Positions 19,305 through 28,663 of a DNA stretch of 64,000 bases are shown one piece after another. Numbering within the stretch: the first letter of the stretch is position 1; each line of letters starts with the position of its first letter. Made by a program: the position numbers and the translations under genes. The stretch covers positions 368,594-432,593 of the forward strand of contig CP060228.1 of assembly GCA_023898565.1 (NCBI GenBank), in the 5' to 3' direction. The notes beneath the pieces were generated by a model. It was not told the origin of the DNA and did no database searches. It saw only the letters and a program-made list of their open reading frames with translations. Source of the stretch: Candidatus Nomurabacteria bacterium (lineage in GTDB: Bacteria > Patescibacteriota > Minisyncoccia > Phycocordibacterales > UBA918).

Positions 19305-19689
19305 GTATTCGAACACATCGCTCGACCGTAACTTCAAATCATCATTTTCCTCGAATTTGTATACCAGAAAACCAAACTACGTATTTTAATACTGTCAATA
19401 ATATTTTTACGGCTTTGAATAAAGCCCGTTTGAGATTATTTTGAGTGACGGTAAAAAGTGTATTTCGTCAATTGCCTTCGTGGTTGGCTCCGGTAAAATA
19501 GCTGGCGTACCAAGTTGTTGGTGCGAACGGGAGCCGTTGTGCTCTCTTTCATTTTTCTAAGTACGGAAGTAACGACAGAACAGCGGTGAGACCTAACAAC
19601 AGCCTATTCAACCCAACCAACAGCCAACTGAAGATCTGACGCATAGAAAGATTCAGCAGTGTTCATATAGTGCTACATTTACTACACGT

Positions 19690-20700
19690 GTGCGTGTGGC
19701 TACTGAGCTAACCGTTCTTGCTCTTGCGGTAGCTGTGCCGGTATCGGTTCATGCCGGCTTTTTTAGTAAGTTATTTAATAAGGCGGCAGCGGAAGTTTCT
19801 TCCTCAGCCCTATCAGCTGGAGTATCAGCAGCCGATACTCCCCTTTTAATTGCATTGCAGAACCCGAATCCTTTAAGTGGTCGCGGCGGCGCGGAGATTA
19901 TTGTCGATAATGATGTGTTGGTTTCAACAGGGCCAGTTGGTGAAGATGAGATTGCCGAGCAAAAAACTGGCATGGGCGAAATTCGCGTGTACACTGTTCG
20001 TGAAGGTGACTCGCTTTCTCAAATTGCAGAAATGTTTGGTGTCACTGCCAATACCATTATGTGGGCCAATGATATAACTAAGGCAAGTGCTATCCAGCCG
20101 GGAGATACTCTTGTTATTTTGCCAATTGTTGGTGTTCGTCATGTGGTCAAGAGCGGTGATACGATTAGTACTATTGCTAAAAAGTATGAAGGGGATGTTG
20201 CTGAGATTTTGTCGTACAATCAACTAGTATCAGCAGATGAGCTCACTGTTGGGTCAACTATTATTATTCCTGGTGGCGCTATGCACGCTGCGCCGGCTCG
20301 TGTGGCTGCGGCTGTTTCACCAGTGCGAGTATCTGGAGCGGGAGCGGCTTCTGCAAGTGGTTACTTTTCACACCCAGCTCCAGGTTCAGTTAAAACTCAG
20401 GGTATCCACGGCTATAACGCCGTTGACTTAGCTGGAGCGTACGGTTCGTCAATCAGGGCTGCAGCTGCTGGTGAAGTAATCGTTTCTAAGAGTTCAGGGT
20501 GGAATGGTGGTTACGGACAATATGTTGTTATTCGTCATGGGAACGGTTCGCAGACACTATACGCTCATTTGATGCGTAACGATGTGGGCGTTGGGGAGTA
20601 TGTGTCACAAGGGGAAGTGATTGGTGGTATGGGCAGTACTGGAAAATCGACGGGTACACACGTCCACTTTGAAGTGCGTGGAGCAACAAATCCATTTTAG
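19690..20700 (+). CDS. LysM-domain peptidoglycan DD-endopeptidase, peptidase family M23
   Basis: Signal peptide, two LysM repeats (GDSLSQIAEMFGV..., GDTISTIAKKYEG...) and a C-terminal M23 domain (GYNAVDLAGAYGSSIRAAAAGEV ... YAHL ... GSTGKSTGTHVHFEV). Confidence 0.85.
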   Translation: MRVATELTVLALAVAVPVSVHAGFFSKLFNKAAAEVSSSALSAGVSAADTPLLIALQNPNPLSGRGGAEIIVDNDVLVSTGPVGEDEIAEQKTGMGEIRVYTVREGDSLSQIAEMFGVTANTIMWANDITKASAIQPGDTLVILPIVGVRHVVKSGDTISTIAKKYEGDVAEILSYNQLVSADELTVGSTIIIPGGAMHAAPARVAAAVSPVRVSGAGAASASGYFSHPAPGSVKTQGIHGYNAVDLAGAYGSSIRAAAAGEVIVSKSSGWNGGYGQYVVIRHGNGSQTLYAHLMRNDVGVGEYVSQGEVIGGMGSTGKSTGTHVHFEVRGATNPF

Positions 20701-20706
20701 GTTATA

Positions 20707-20743
20707 ACACAAGAGCGCGGCCCTTCGGGCCGCGCTCTTGTGT
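20707..20743. terminator. Bidirectional terminator hairpin acacaagagcgcggccc-ttc-gggccgcgctcttgtgt
   Basis: Same stem as the 19270 hairpin in inverted orientation, between convergent genes. Confidence 0.6.
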
Positions 20744-22251
20744 TATATAGCGACACGATATTGCAATGCTTCAAGGACGTGTGGAACGGTAATGTTTGTA
20801 GAACCCTCAAGATCCGCAATGGTTCGAGCTACCTTTAACAATCGGTGGTAACTGCGAGGGGAAAGATTCAGTCGTTGGCTTGAAGTTCTTAAAATTTCTG
20901 TGACAGCGGTGTCTAGGTGTATGTGTGACCCAACTTCTTTAGCTGTCATTTCGGAATTGGTTTTAGTCTCTGCAAATCTGCTTGTTTGTTTCTCGCGTGC
21001 TTTTGTTATTTGAGCGCGAGCAACGGCAGTTTCGTTTGTTGTGGTGGGAAGCTTTGTGAGAGTTTCGTATGGTACATGCGGCACTTCCACCCAGAGGTCA
21101 ATGCGATCAAGAATTGGTCCTGATACTTTGTTTTTATATGTTTCCTGCATGGCTCGGGCAAGGTCCGTGGTGCCGTTTTCACTACCGCGATAAGGGTTGA
21201 GAGCTGCCACTAAAAGAAAATTGGCAGGAAATTCTGCTGTGCCATGTACGCGAGAGATGGTTACTACCCGGTCTTCTAGCGGCTGGCGGAGCGCGTCAAG
21301 TGAGCGTCGTTCAAATTCTGGAAATTCATCCATAAAGAGAACGCCGTGATGAGCAAGGGTGATTTCTCCCGGCTTCGGGTGTGTGCCGCCGCCAACCAAG
21401 CTGGTATGGCTGGCGGTGTGGTGTGGGCTGCGAAACGGTGGTTGAGTGCTTACTTGATAGTTATTGCCAGTCAATGAGTGAATTGCAGTGACAGTAAGTG
21501 CCTCTTCTCGAGTGAGAGGTGGTAATATTGCGCGCAACGCTCGTGCAAGCATGGTCTTGCCAGTTCCTGGCGGGCCCACAAACATGATGTTGTGTTTCCC
21601 TGCGGCAGCGATGATAAGTGCGCGCTTAGCACTTTCTTGCCCTTTAATGTCTTCAAGTGAAACGGAGCTTTCGAACCAGCTACTTGATATTACTGTTGGT
21701 TCTTGTGCAGACAAAGTGAAGCTGTCTTTTTCTGATGGCGCAATGTGTTTAATGACCTCCTCAAGATTAGAAGCAGCACACACGGTAATTTTTTCAATGA
21801 GCGCAGCTTCGGTTGCGTTTTCTGCAGGAACAACAATTTCATCAAAACCAAACTTAGCTGCTTCTGAAACAGCGTTTAAAACGCCGCGCACTGGACGGAG
21901 AGCTCCGTCCAGCCCCAATTCGCCCACGAAACATCGCTTCTTCGTGTCGGTGGAAATTTCACCTGCAGCTAGTAAATATGCAATTGCAATTGGGAGATCA
22001 AACAGCGGACCTTCTTTTTTTAGGTCTGCTGGTGAAAGTGAGATAATAACCTTCTGATTTTTTGTTTTTGGCGATGCAAAACCAGTGTGTTTAATTGCGC
22101 TCCCAACACGATCTTTAGCTTCATCAATTGCTTTACCAGCCAAGCCAACGACAGAGAATGAGTGTAGACCTCTTGATATATCAGCCTCTATGCAAACGAC
22201 AGTGCCGCGCAAGACTTCTGGTTGAATGGTAAAAACCTTTGCAACTGACAT
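20743..22251 (-). CDS. YifB/ComM-family Mg-chelatase-like AAA+ ATPase
   Basis: N-terminal Lon-like ATP-independent domain, Walker A GPPGTGKTMLA and a C-terminal Mg-chelatase subunit ChlI-like region. Confidence 0.85.
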   Translation of the reverse strand: MSVAKVFTIQPEVLRGTVVCIEADISRGLHSFSVVGLAGKAIDEAKDRVGSAIKHTGFASPKTKNQKVIISLSPADLKKEGPLFDLPIAIAYLLAAGEISTDTKKRCFVGELGLDGALRPVRGVLNAVSEAAKFGFDEIVVPAENATEAALIEKITVCAASNLEEVIKHIAPSEKDSFTLSAQEPTVISSSWFESSVSLEDIKGQESAKRALIIAAAGKHNIMFVGPPGTGKTMLARALRAILPPLTREEALTVTAIHSLTGNNYQVSTQPPFRSPHHTASHTSLVGGGTHPKPGEITLAHHGVLFMDEFPEFERRSLDALRQPLEDRVVTISRVHGTAEFPANFLLVAALNPYRGSENGTTDLARAMQETYKNKVSGPILDRIDLWVEVPHVPYETLTKLPTTTNETAVARAQITKAREKQTSRFAETKTNSEMTAKEVGSHIHLDTAVTEILRTSSQRLNLSPRSYHRLLKVARTIADLEGSTNITVPHVLEALQYRVAI

Positions 22252-22257
22252 AAATAT

Positions 22258-22632
22258 TTACAACGGTAATTCCTTTTCTCGGTCTCGGTTAGCGATAGTG
22301 GTCCGGGCGGCAGGGTTTATCTGAAGTCTTTCTGGCTCAATCTCTAGGCCACTGATTTCACAAATGCCGTATGTTCCCAGCTTCATTTTTTCAAGCGCTC
22401 GGGTGATGTTGCGGTACCTTGTTTCTAATTGTTCAAGGAGCGCTGCGTGTGTCCCCCACTCTTCGGTTGCGTCGGCCACTACGTTTTCGTCGGCGCTCCC
22501 AGTGGTCTCGTCTTTGATTGAGGCTATCCAATCTCCAGTTTTATGGTCTTGCGTTGCAATCGTTTCAAGTTGTTCTGTAATTTGTGAAAGTTCTGCTTCA
22601 AGCGAAGTTTTGTACGTATCGTATTGTTGCAT
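22258..22632 (-). CDS. DksA/TraR-family-like protein with a degenerate zinc finger
   Basis: C-terminal GTYGICEISGLEIEPERLQINPAARTTIA resembles the DksA C4 finger region but retains only one Cys. Confidence 0.4.
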   Translation of the reverse strand: MQQYDTYKTSLEAELSQITEQLETIATQDHKTGDWIASIKDETTGSADENVVADATEEWGTHAALLEQLETRYRNITRALEKMKLGTYGICEISGLEIEPERLQINPAARTTIANRDREKELPL

Positions 22633-22646
22633 GTCTTCAGTATACC

Positions 22647-24491
22647 CTACTGCTGACTTTGGGAAGATATTCTTGAAAAGTCATCAGAAGCGCCAACAAT
22701 CAGAACTGAATTTTCAGACAAGAATCCATACACGAGCTTCTCGTCGCCACCAGCGTTTACCAGTACGCGCACATCAATATCATCAATCTTTTTGTCAACA
22801 AAGGAGGCAGTATTGCTATCAATATCTCCGTAGAAGATATTGAAATTGTTATACATATGAGGCTCCCACTGCAGTAAGCCGCCGCGAACCGCGTCTTCAT
22901 CAACGAAGCTAAGAATCAAGCCAGGCTTTGAATGATTGACTGAGACAAAGTGTGCGGCAGTGAGTGATTGTCGAAGATTTGCTTTGGTGTCGAAGTGTAG
23001 TATTTCAAAAAGATATGAAGGACTTACTTCGTCACCAACTCCTGACACTACGGCAAACTCAGTCACCTCCCCAGAGCTAGACGCTATTGCTTTAGATAAT
23101 AATACTGGAATTTGATTAAGAGTTTGTACGGTAATCGGTAGACCAGTTAGGTGTGCTGATGTGATAATCGGTTCTGATTTCACCGCTACCGCTTCAGTTT
23201 CTGTGCTGGTCTGATTTGTGACGTGGGTAAATAGCACTCGAGCGGCAAAGAATATTGCGATTGCGCCAACGATGCCAACGAGTAAAGTGATAGTAAGCGT
23301 ATTGGTGTCGGTTGAGTTTTTTGCTGAATATCCAATTGGTTGAGTTGGTGGTAAAAATATATCGCCTTCAGGTGCGTCTTCATATGCAGGAATCGTGAGT
23401 GGCGCCTCTGCAGCCGAAGGGTTGCCTTCGGTAGGTTCATAGCTAGCCGCCCAGCGAGCTTCTGCCAAGGTATTATCCAAAAGATCCGGTTCGGTGATCT
23501 TCGTTTCAATAAGGAAATCCTCTTCCTCAGCTTCTGCAACGTCAGAAGCTTCAGTTGGTGTTGGCTTTGGAATCGCTAATGTTGGATTATTTGGTTCAAT
23601 GAGTTGTGGCTTGCGTTTGTACTCTAAGACAACATTTTGTGTAGTGTCTGGCGTTTCTTCTGGTGATTCTAAAAGCGCGTACCCAGCCTCAGTAAATGGT
23701 GACCAAACAGTCTCTGGTTCTTCTTCCTCGAGTTCTTCTTGTATGCGACGACGACGAATCTGCTCACGCAAGGTTTCTGAGTCGGCTGTAAATATGGTTC
23801 CAGTTTTAGAAGTAGCGCGTTGGATAACCCCTTTTCTTCTTTCCGCTTCAGGAATAGTGTATTTCGGTGCCGCTTTCTTTTGTCTTTCAACTTTAAGTTT
23901 ACTGAACCACTTTTTGAGTGATGCAATCATCGAAGGAAATAGTTGAAAGCGGTCACTTTTCGTATCAGTGATGATAGTTGCGTCGTAGCCAATGTTTGGA
24001 CGCGGGACATTTTTAACTTTCTCCTTCTTCGAACTCTTCTTGGCAGAAACGCCTTTCGTGTCGTCTACAGTGAGATTTTCTTGAATACGCGAAACACTCT
24101 TCTGCAATTCATGAAAAGCAGGAATGGTTGAATTGGCAGTGCTTGCTATTGGTTTTTCAGCTGCCGGTTCAGTAATAACAATTGGAGCCTCTGAAATCTT
24201 TTTTAAAGTTTCTTTTCGTTCTGTTTCTTCCTTTTTTATTGCTGGTGTAGATTTAATTTTCTCAGGGTTAGGACGATCAAAACTTGCTGGCATTGCTTTT
24301 GGTACCGGCTGAGGTTTGGCTGTTGGTTCTGCTGAAGCTACGGCTGTAGTATCTGGAGTTGCACCACTTTTTTTCCGCACAGCGTCCATGTCTGCCGCAA
24401 AAGTGCGCATTTTTATCGGGTGCTTGTGCGAAGTGTCTGACATTTCTTCTAGTATCTCACGAAACTCTCTACTTGTGTGCGAGTTTTTCAC
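22647..24491 (-). CDS. Hypothetical bitopic membrane protein (long disordered charged N-terminus, single TM, C-terminal extracytoplasmic domain)
   Basis: 614 aa ORF with a single TM segment LTITLLVGIVGAIAIFFAARVLF near residue 400. Confidence 0.45.
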   Translation of the reverse strand: MKNSHTSREFREILEEMSDTSHKHPIKMRTFAADMDAVRKKSGATPDTTAVASAEPTAKPQPVPKAMPASFDRPNPEKIKSTPAIKKEETERKETLKKISEAPIVITEPAAEKPIASTANSTIPAFHELQKSVSRIQENLTVDDTKGVSAKKSSKKEKVKNVPRPNIGYDATIITDTKSDRFQLFPSMIASLKKWFSKLKVERQKKAAPKYTIPEAERRKGVIQRATSKTGTIFTADSETLREQIRRRRIQEELEEEEPETVWSPFTEAGYALLESPEETPDTTQNVVLEYKRKPQLIEPNNPTLAIPKPTPTEASDVAEAEEEDFLIETKITEPDLLDNTLAEARWAASYEPTEGNPSAAEAPLTIPAYEDAPEGDIFLPPTQPIGYSAKNSTDTNTLTITLLVGIVGAIAIFFAARVLFTHVTNQTSTETEAVAVKSEPIITSAHLTGLPITVQTLNQIPVLLSKAIASSSGEVTEFAVVSGVGDEVSPSYLFEILHFDTKANLRQSLTAAHFVSVNHSKPGLILSFVDEDAVRGGLLQWEPHMYNNFNIFYGDIDSNTASFVDKKIDDIDVRVLVNAGGDEKLVYGFLSENSVLIVGASDDFSRISSQSQQ

Positions 24492-26632
24492 TGCTCAACG
24501 GACATTTCGGCCTTAATTTGCGGTTTTAACCCCCGTTTCTCTGCAAAATGTTGGTCCGCTTGCTTAATTGAGAGTCCAATTTTTCCGTTTTCAACCTTAG
24601 AAATAACGACAGGGACACGTTCGCCTTCTTCTAGCACGCCATCCATTGTTTCTAATCTGAATGGAGCAATTTCAGAAATATGAATGAGTCCTTCATTGTG
24701 GGCGTCGAGTTTTGCAAAAGCACCAAATGTGGCGATACGGGTGATGGTGACCACGGCGTGCTCACCCACCTCGTATACTTTTGTAAGTGCGGCGATACGT
24801 TCCGCGGCTGCCTCAGCAGCACCATTTTTGCCAGTAATAAATACGACCCCATCTTCTTCAATGGTGATTTCTTCCACTCCTGTATCATCCTTGATTCCGT
24901 TAATGGTTTTCCCAGCACTACCGATTACCAGGCCGATTTGTTCAGGTTTGATTTTGAGTACGACAATTTTTGGTGCGCGCGGTGAAATATGTACGCGCGG
25001 TGAATCAATTTCCTTGGTGATGGTGTCGATAATTTGTAGTCTCGCTAAGCGCGCTTTTTCGAGTGCTTCTGCCAAAATTTTGACGGGCACACCGTCTACT
25101 TTTACGTCCATCTGAATGGCTGTAATACCTTCGACAGTGCCGGCGACTTTGAAATCCATGTCACCGAATTCATCCTCAGGTCCTTGAATGTCTGTGAGCA
25201 GTTGGTACTTATCACCGACAATCATAGCTCCCGAAGCAATGCCAGCCACTGGACGACTAATCGGAACTCCGCCATCCATGAGGGCTAAAGTTGAGGCGCA
25301 CACTGATCCCATTGAACTAGACCCGTTACTTGAAAGTGTTTCTGAAACGAGACGAATAGTGTAGGGAAATACTTCCTGTGGCGGGATAACAGGGGCAAGC
25401 GCTTTTTCGGCAAGTGCGCCGTGGCCAATCATGCGACGATTGAATCCTCCGACACGTCCTGTTTCCCCTACTGAAAACGGTGGAAAATTGTAGTGGTGCA
25501 TGAAACGCTTCTTTTCATCTTGAAGTTCGATTGTATCGATAATTTGTGCAGCTTCAGGCCCACCTAGGGTGAGTGCAGTAAATATATGTGTGCCACCTCG
25601 GTAGAAAACGCCTGATCCGTGAAGTACTGGAGAAATACCGCCAGACTTTGCATAGAGTTCTCGTACTTCGTCCATGCCTCGACCGTCAGCTCGCCTACCG
25701 TCTTCGACAGCACCTCGGTGGAGTTCATGGTCGATTGCCTCTTCGAAGTAATCGCTGGCAGCAGTTTCGTTGAGTCCTACTTCCTTGGCTGCTGTCGTAA
25801 ATTCTTTTTTTACCGCGTATATATGCGACTTCCCTGCTTTGCCGGAGAAGAGCGTTTCTGAGAGTTTTTCTTTGAATGAATGTTCAAAGAGAGTGATAAG
25901 TTCGACTGGTACTTCAAGCATGGGATCAGTCTGTTTCGGTTTGCCGATGGTCTTTACAATGTCATGCTGCCACGCTTCAATTTTCTGGTGTATTTCTACT
26001 GCTGCTTCTAGTACGGACACAATATCTTCCTCGCCCACTTCATGTGAAGCGGTCTCAATCATATTGATTGTATGATCCTTGCCGCAAGCAAGTACTTCAA
26101 AATCGAGTAGCCCTTCTTTTCGTTCAGCGTACGTTGGGTTGAAGATAATTTCTCCCGTCTCTTTATTGCGACCAATGCGCACTGCGGCAACCGGGCCACG
26201 CCACGGAATATCAGATACTGCGAGCGCTAGCGATGCGCCAATGACACCAAGCACATCGGGGTCGTCTTCGCCCATGGCGAGCACGGTTATAACCACTTGC
26301 ACATCATTGCGAATTTGCTGATTGAAGAGTGGGCGAATGGTGCGATCAACAATACGAGCCGAGAGCACTGCTTCATCACTCGGTTTTCCTTCGCGCCGCT
26401 GAAAGCGGTTGCCTAAAATTTGTCCGGCTGCATAGAACTTCTCTTCAAACTCTACCGAGAGAGGAAAGTAATTCATGCCAACATTTTCATGCTCGCCCAT
26501 AACAGCGGTAACTAAAATGGCTGTCTCGCCAAAGCGAAGAAGTACTGAGCCGTTGGTGTGAGCGGTGAGGTCGGTAAATTCTGCGGTCAGTGTCTTCCCC
26601 GCTAGCTCAAGTGAAAATGATTGTGATTGCAT
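24488..26632 (-). CDS. pnp: Polyribonucleotide nucleotidyltransferase (PNPase)
   Basis: Two RNase PH domains, KH and S1 domains, and PNPase-characteristic sequence throughout. ORF 24488-26653; the probable start is Met at 26632. Confidence 0.9.
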   Translation of the reverse strand: MQSQSFSLELAGKTLTAEFTDLTAHTNGSVLLRFGETAILVTAVMGEHENVGMNYFPLSVEFEEKFYAAGQILGNRFQRREGKPSDEAVLSARIVDRTIRPLFNQQIRNDVQVVITVLAMGEDDPDVLGVIGASLALAVSDIPWRGPVAAVRIGRNKETGEIIFNPTYAERKEGLLDFEVLACGKDHTINMIETASHEVGEEDIVSVLEAAVEIHQKIEAWQHDIVKTIGKPKQTDPMLEVPVELITLFEHSFKEKLSETLFSGKAGKSHIYAVKKEFTTAAKEVGLNETAASDYFEEAIDHELHRGAVEDGRRADGRGMDEVRELYAKSGGISPVLHGSGVFYRGGTHIFTALTLGGPEAAQIIDTIELQDEKKRFMHHYNFPPFSVGETGRVGGFNRRMIGHGALAEKALAPVIPPQEVFPYTIRLVSETLSSNGSSSMGSVCASTLALMDGGVPISRPVAGIASGAMIVGDKYQLLTDIQGPEDEFGDMDFKVAGTVEGITAIQMDVKVDGVPVKILAEALEKARLARLQIIDTITKEIDSPRVHISPRAPKIVVLKIKPEQIGLVIGSAGKTINGIKDDTGVEEITIEEDGVVFITGKNGAAEAAAERIAALTKVYEVGEHAVVTITRIATFGAFAKLDAHNEGLIHISEIAPFRLETMDGVLEEGERVPVVISKVENGKIGLSIKQADQHFAEKRGLKPQIKAEMSVEQ

Positions 26633-26798
26633 GTGAACGTGGTGAAGCTGCACACGATGAGATATTTGAATGCATCAAACATCCGCTCGTATGTAGCTTC
26701 AGTTAATTTTTTAACCTCATCACGATAGCAGACTAGATTAGAATGCGCCACATAGTAAAACTGGCCAACGCCTGCGGCGTTGGCCAGTTTTACTATCT

Positions 26799-27419
26799 CT
26801 AGAGTAGACCGTCAGTGTCTGCTCCAACCACTTTTGTCCCTACTGTTTTTTCGTTGCCATGATTCTTGCTGTTCGTTCCAGCACGACCACGTGTTTGTCT
26901 CTTTCGAATTGGTCGATAGCCAATTAGGAATTGTTTTGGATCCTCATCAAGATCAATGAAGTCGTCTACTACCGCGCGTAGTCCGGAAGACGATGAGCGA
27001 CCAAACGTAATTGCCTCAACCTGACAGCCCTGACTCTTCACGTACTCAACGAGTGGGATGAAGTCACCGTCACCGGTGGCGAGGATAATCGCGTCGACTT
27101 TGTGTGCGAGCTTAATTGCATCGACTGCAAGCCCAACATCCCAGTCGGCTTTCTTTGCACCGCCGTAGAAAATTTGTAAATCCTTTGTCTTGATTTCAAT
27201 ACCAACTTTTTCGAGTGCTTCAAAGAACGCACTCTCTTCCCCGCTCTCAGTGTTCACCACGTATGAGATGGCACGAATGAGTTTGCGATCTTGCACAGCT
27301 GCTTTTACTACTGCAGCAAAGTTTACTTTTGATTTGTATAAATTTTTTGCACTGTGATACAAATTTTGTGTATCGATGAGCATCGCGACGCGCTGCTCTT
27401 TGTGTCTAATGACTCCCAT
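26799..27419 (-). CDS. NYN-domain (LabA/DUF88-like) protein
   Basis: MLIDTQNLYHSAKNL ... AIILATGDGDF pattern typical of NYN/LabA-like nucleases. It lies between rpsO and pnp. Confidence 0.65.
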   Translation of the reverse strand: MGVIRHKEQRVAMLIDTQNLYHSAKNLYKSKVNFAAVVKAAVQDRKLIRAISYVVNTESGEESAFFEALEKVGIEIKTKDLQIFYGGAKKADWDVGLAVDAIKLAHKVDAIILATGDGDFIPLVEYVKSQGCQVEAITFGRSSSSGLRAVVDDFIDLDEDPKQFLIGYRPIRKRQTRGRAGTNSKNHGNEKTVGTKVVGADTDGLL

Positions 27420-27638
27420 ATAAAAATGAAAATTAGTTTGTTAATTTTTCGTATGAAAATATTCCGCACCAGACACTCCTCGAATCGCACGCTCCTTGCG
27501 CGCCCCAGCCAAACCCTCCCGCGCATAGTCGCTACTACCTGAGTAGTGTCTGGCGCGGAATTGGGCTGAGAAGTGTCTTTCTTAACTATACTCCAAGGCG
27601 AGTCCTCTTGCATCTGTTCTCCTTGTTTTGCTTAAAAA

Positions 27639-27665
27639 CAAAACTCGCTCAAGCTGAGCGAGTTT
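27639..27665. terminator. Hairpin aactcgctca-agc-tgagcgagtt, probable rpsO terminator / pnp-operon leader element
   Basis: Immediately downstream of the rpsO stop on the minus strand. Confidence 0.45.
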
Positions 27666-27675
27666 TAATGTTGGC

Positions 27676-27942
27676 TTAGCCCTTAAGGCCGAGCTTCTTG
27701 ATGAGGTCAGTGTATGACTTCTCATCTTTCTTCTGAAGATACTTCAGGTGCTTGCGGCGGTTAGCCACGAGCTGAAGCAGACCACGACGTGAGTGGAAGT
27801 CCTTCTTGTGCTTTCGTAGGTGCATAGAAAGTTCTTCAATCTGTCGAGTGATCAGTGCCACCTGAGCTTCTGGAGAACCAGTGTCAGAGTCGTGGCGCTG
27901 CACCTTCTTCAATTCATTTTCTTTTACTCGCTTTGATAGCAT
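27676..27942 (-). CDS. rpsO: 30S ribosomal protein S15
   Basis: MLSKRVKENELKKVQRHDSDTGSPEAQVALITRQIEELSMHLRKHKKDFHSRRGLLQLVANRRKHLKYLQKKD is a canonical S15. The track ORF 27676-28050 has a spurious N-terminal extension. Confidence 0.85.
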   Translation of the reverse strand: MLSKRVKENELKKVQRHDSDTGSPEAQVALITRQIEELSMHLRKHKKDFHSRRGLLQLVANRRKHLKYLQKKDEKSYTDLIKKLGLKG

Positions 27943-28162
27943 AGTGTATTTTGTTACGTGACCAATCGTGAGTCTCCACGCATACGTTTTGCAACATCGG
28001 TGGCACCATTGGAACGGAATAATAACCTGCGCCCCTTTGGCGTTAGCCAATGGAAGTACTCCTAGGGTGCTACGGTTCTGGCAATCATAGCATATTTTAA
28101 TGAAAAATCAAGGCGTGTCACGGGCCATGCAAAACAAAGTCGCGCCATAAGGCGCGACTGAA

Positions 28163-28555
28163 CTAAGAACCGAAACGTGCGAAGTGGTGACCGATGAGAG
28201 TTGCTCCGTGCAGATGGGAAAGATCTTCCGCTGCGGTTTCGTTGATGAACTGATCACTCGGCCGTCCTTTAGTGAGATGAATCTTCATCGTCGTCTTAGT
28301 TCCAACGGTAAAGAAGAGTGCAACGATATGCCAGTTGAGTGTTTTGTCTTCTAGCAAAACAAGCTCAGGCCAATCGCTCAAGTCCCGGTAACCGAGCTGC
28401 TCATTGTCGGCAGCAGGAACTTTGTTTCGCAGTCGATCAAAAACGATTTTTGATGCGTGGCCAAGATCGCGTGCCTTCTGTGTTTCAAAGAGTTCTGAAA
28501 CTAGATGGCGGCTGTGCTTTGGTCCGGTGATTAATACTCCAAGGTACGTATGCAT
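28163..28555 (-). CDS. Hypothetical protein (weak 2H-phosphoesterase-like HxS/HxT pair)
   Basis: 130 aa ORF followed by a terminator hairpin at 28137-28158. GHASK and IHLTK motifs are present, but the protein is too short for a confident assignment. Confidence 0.35.
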   Translation of the reverse strand: MHTYLGVLITGPKHSRHLVSELFETQKARDLGHASKIVFDRLRNKVPAADNEQLGYRDLSDWPELVLLEDKTLNWHIVALFFTVGTKTTMKIHLTKGRPSDQFINETAAEDLSHLHGATLIGHHFARFGS

Positions 28556-28663
28556 GGCTACCTCCTTTTGCAGTAGTCATCCTGAACTAATTAAATCACG
28601 TGCACCGAGTTTGTCTACGTTTCCTGCTGTCGCTAAACAGTCGTTTCACTTGCTATACTGCTA

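Noticed and set aside
19305-19689. c-di-AMP (ydaO) riboswitch upstream of the M23 peptidase
   Set aside because: I could not find the paired ACGGGGA / CCCG-type conserved cores, so I did not call a riboswitch and only flag the long leader.
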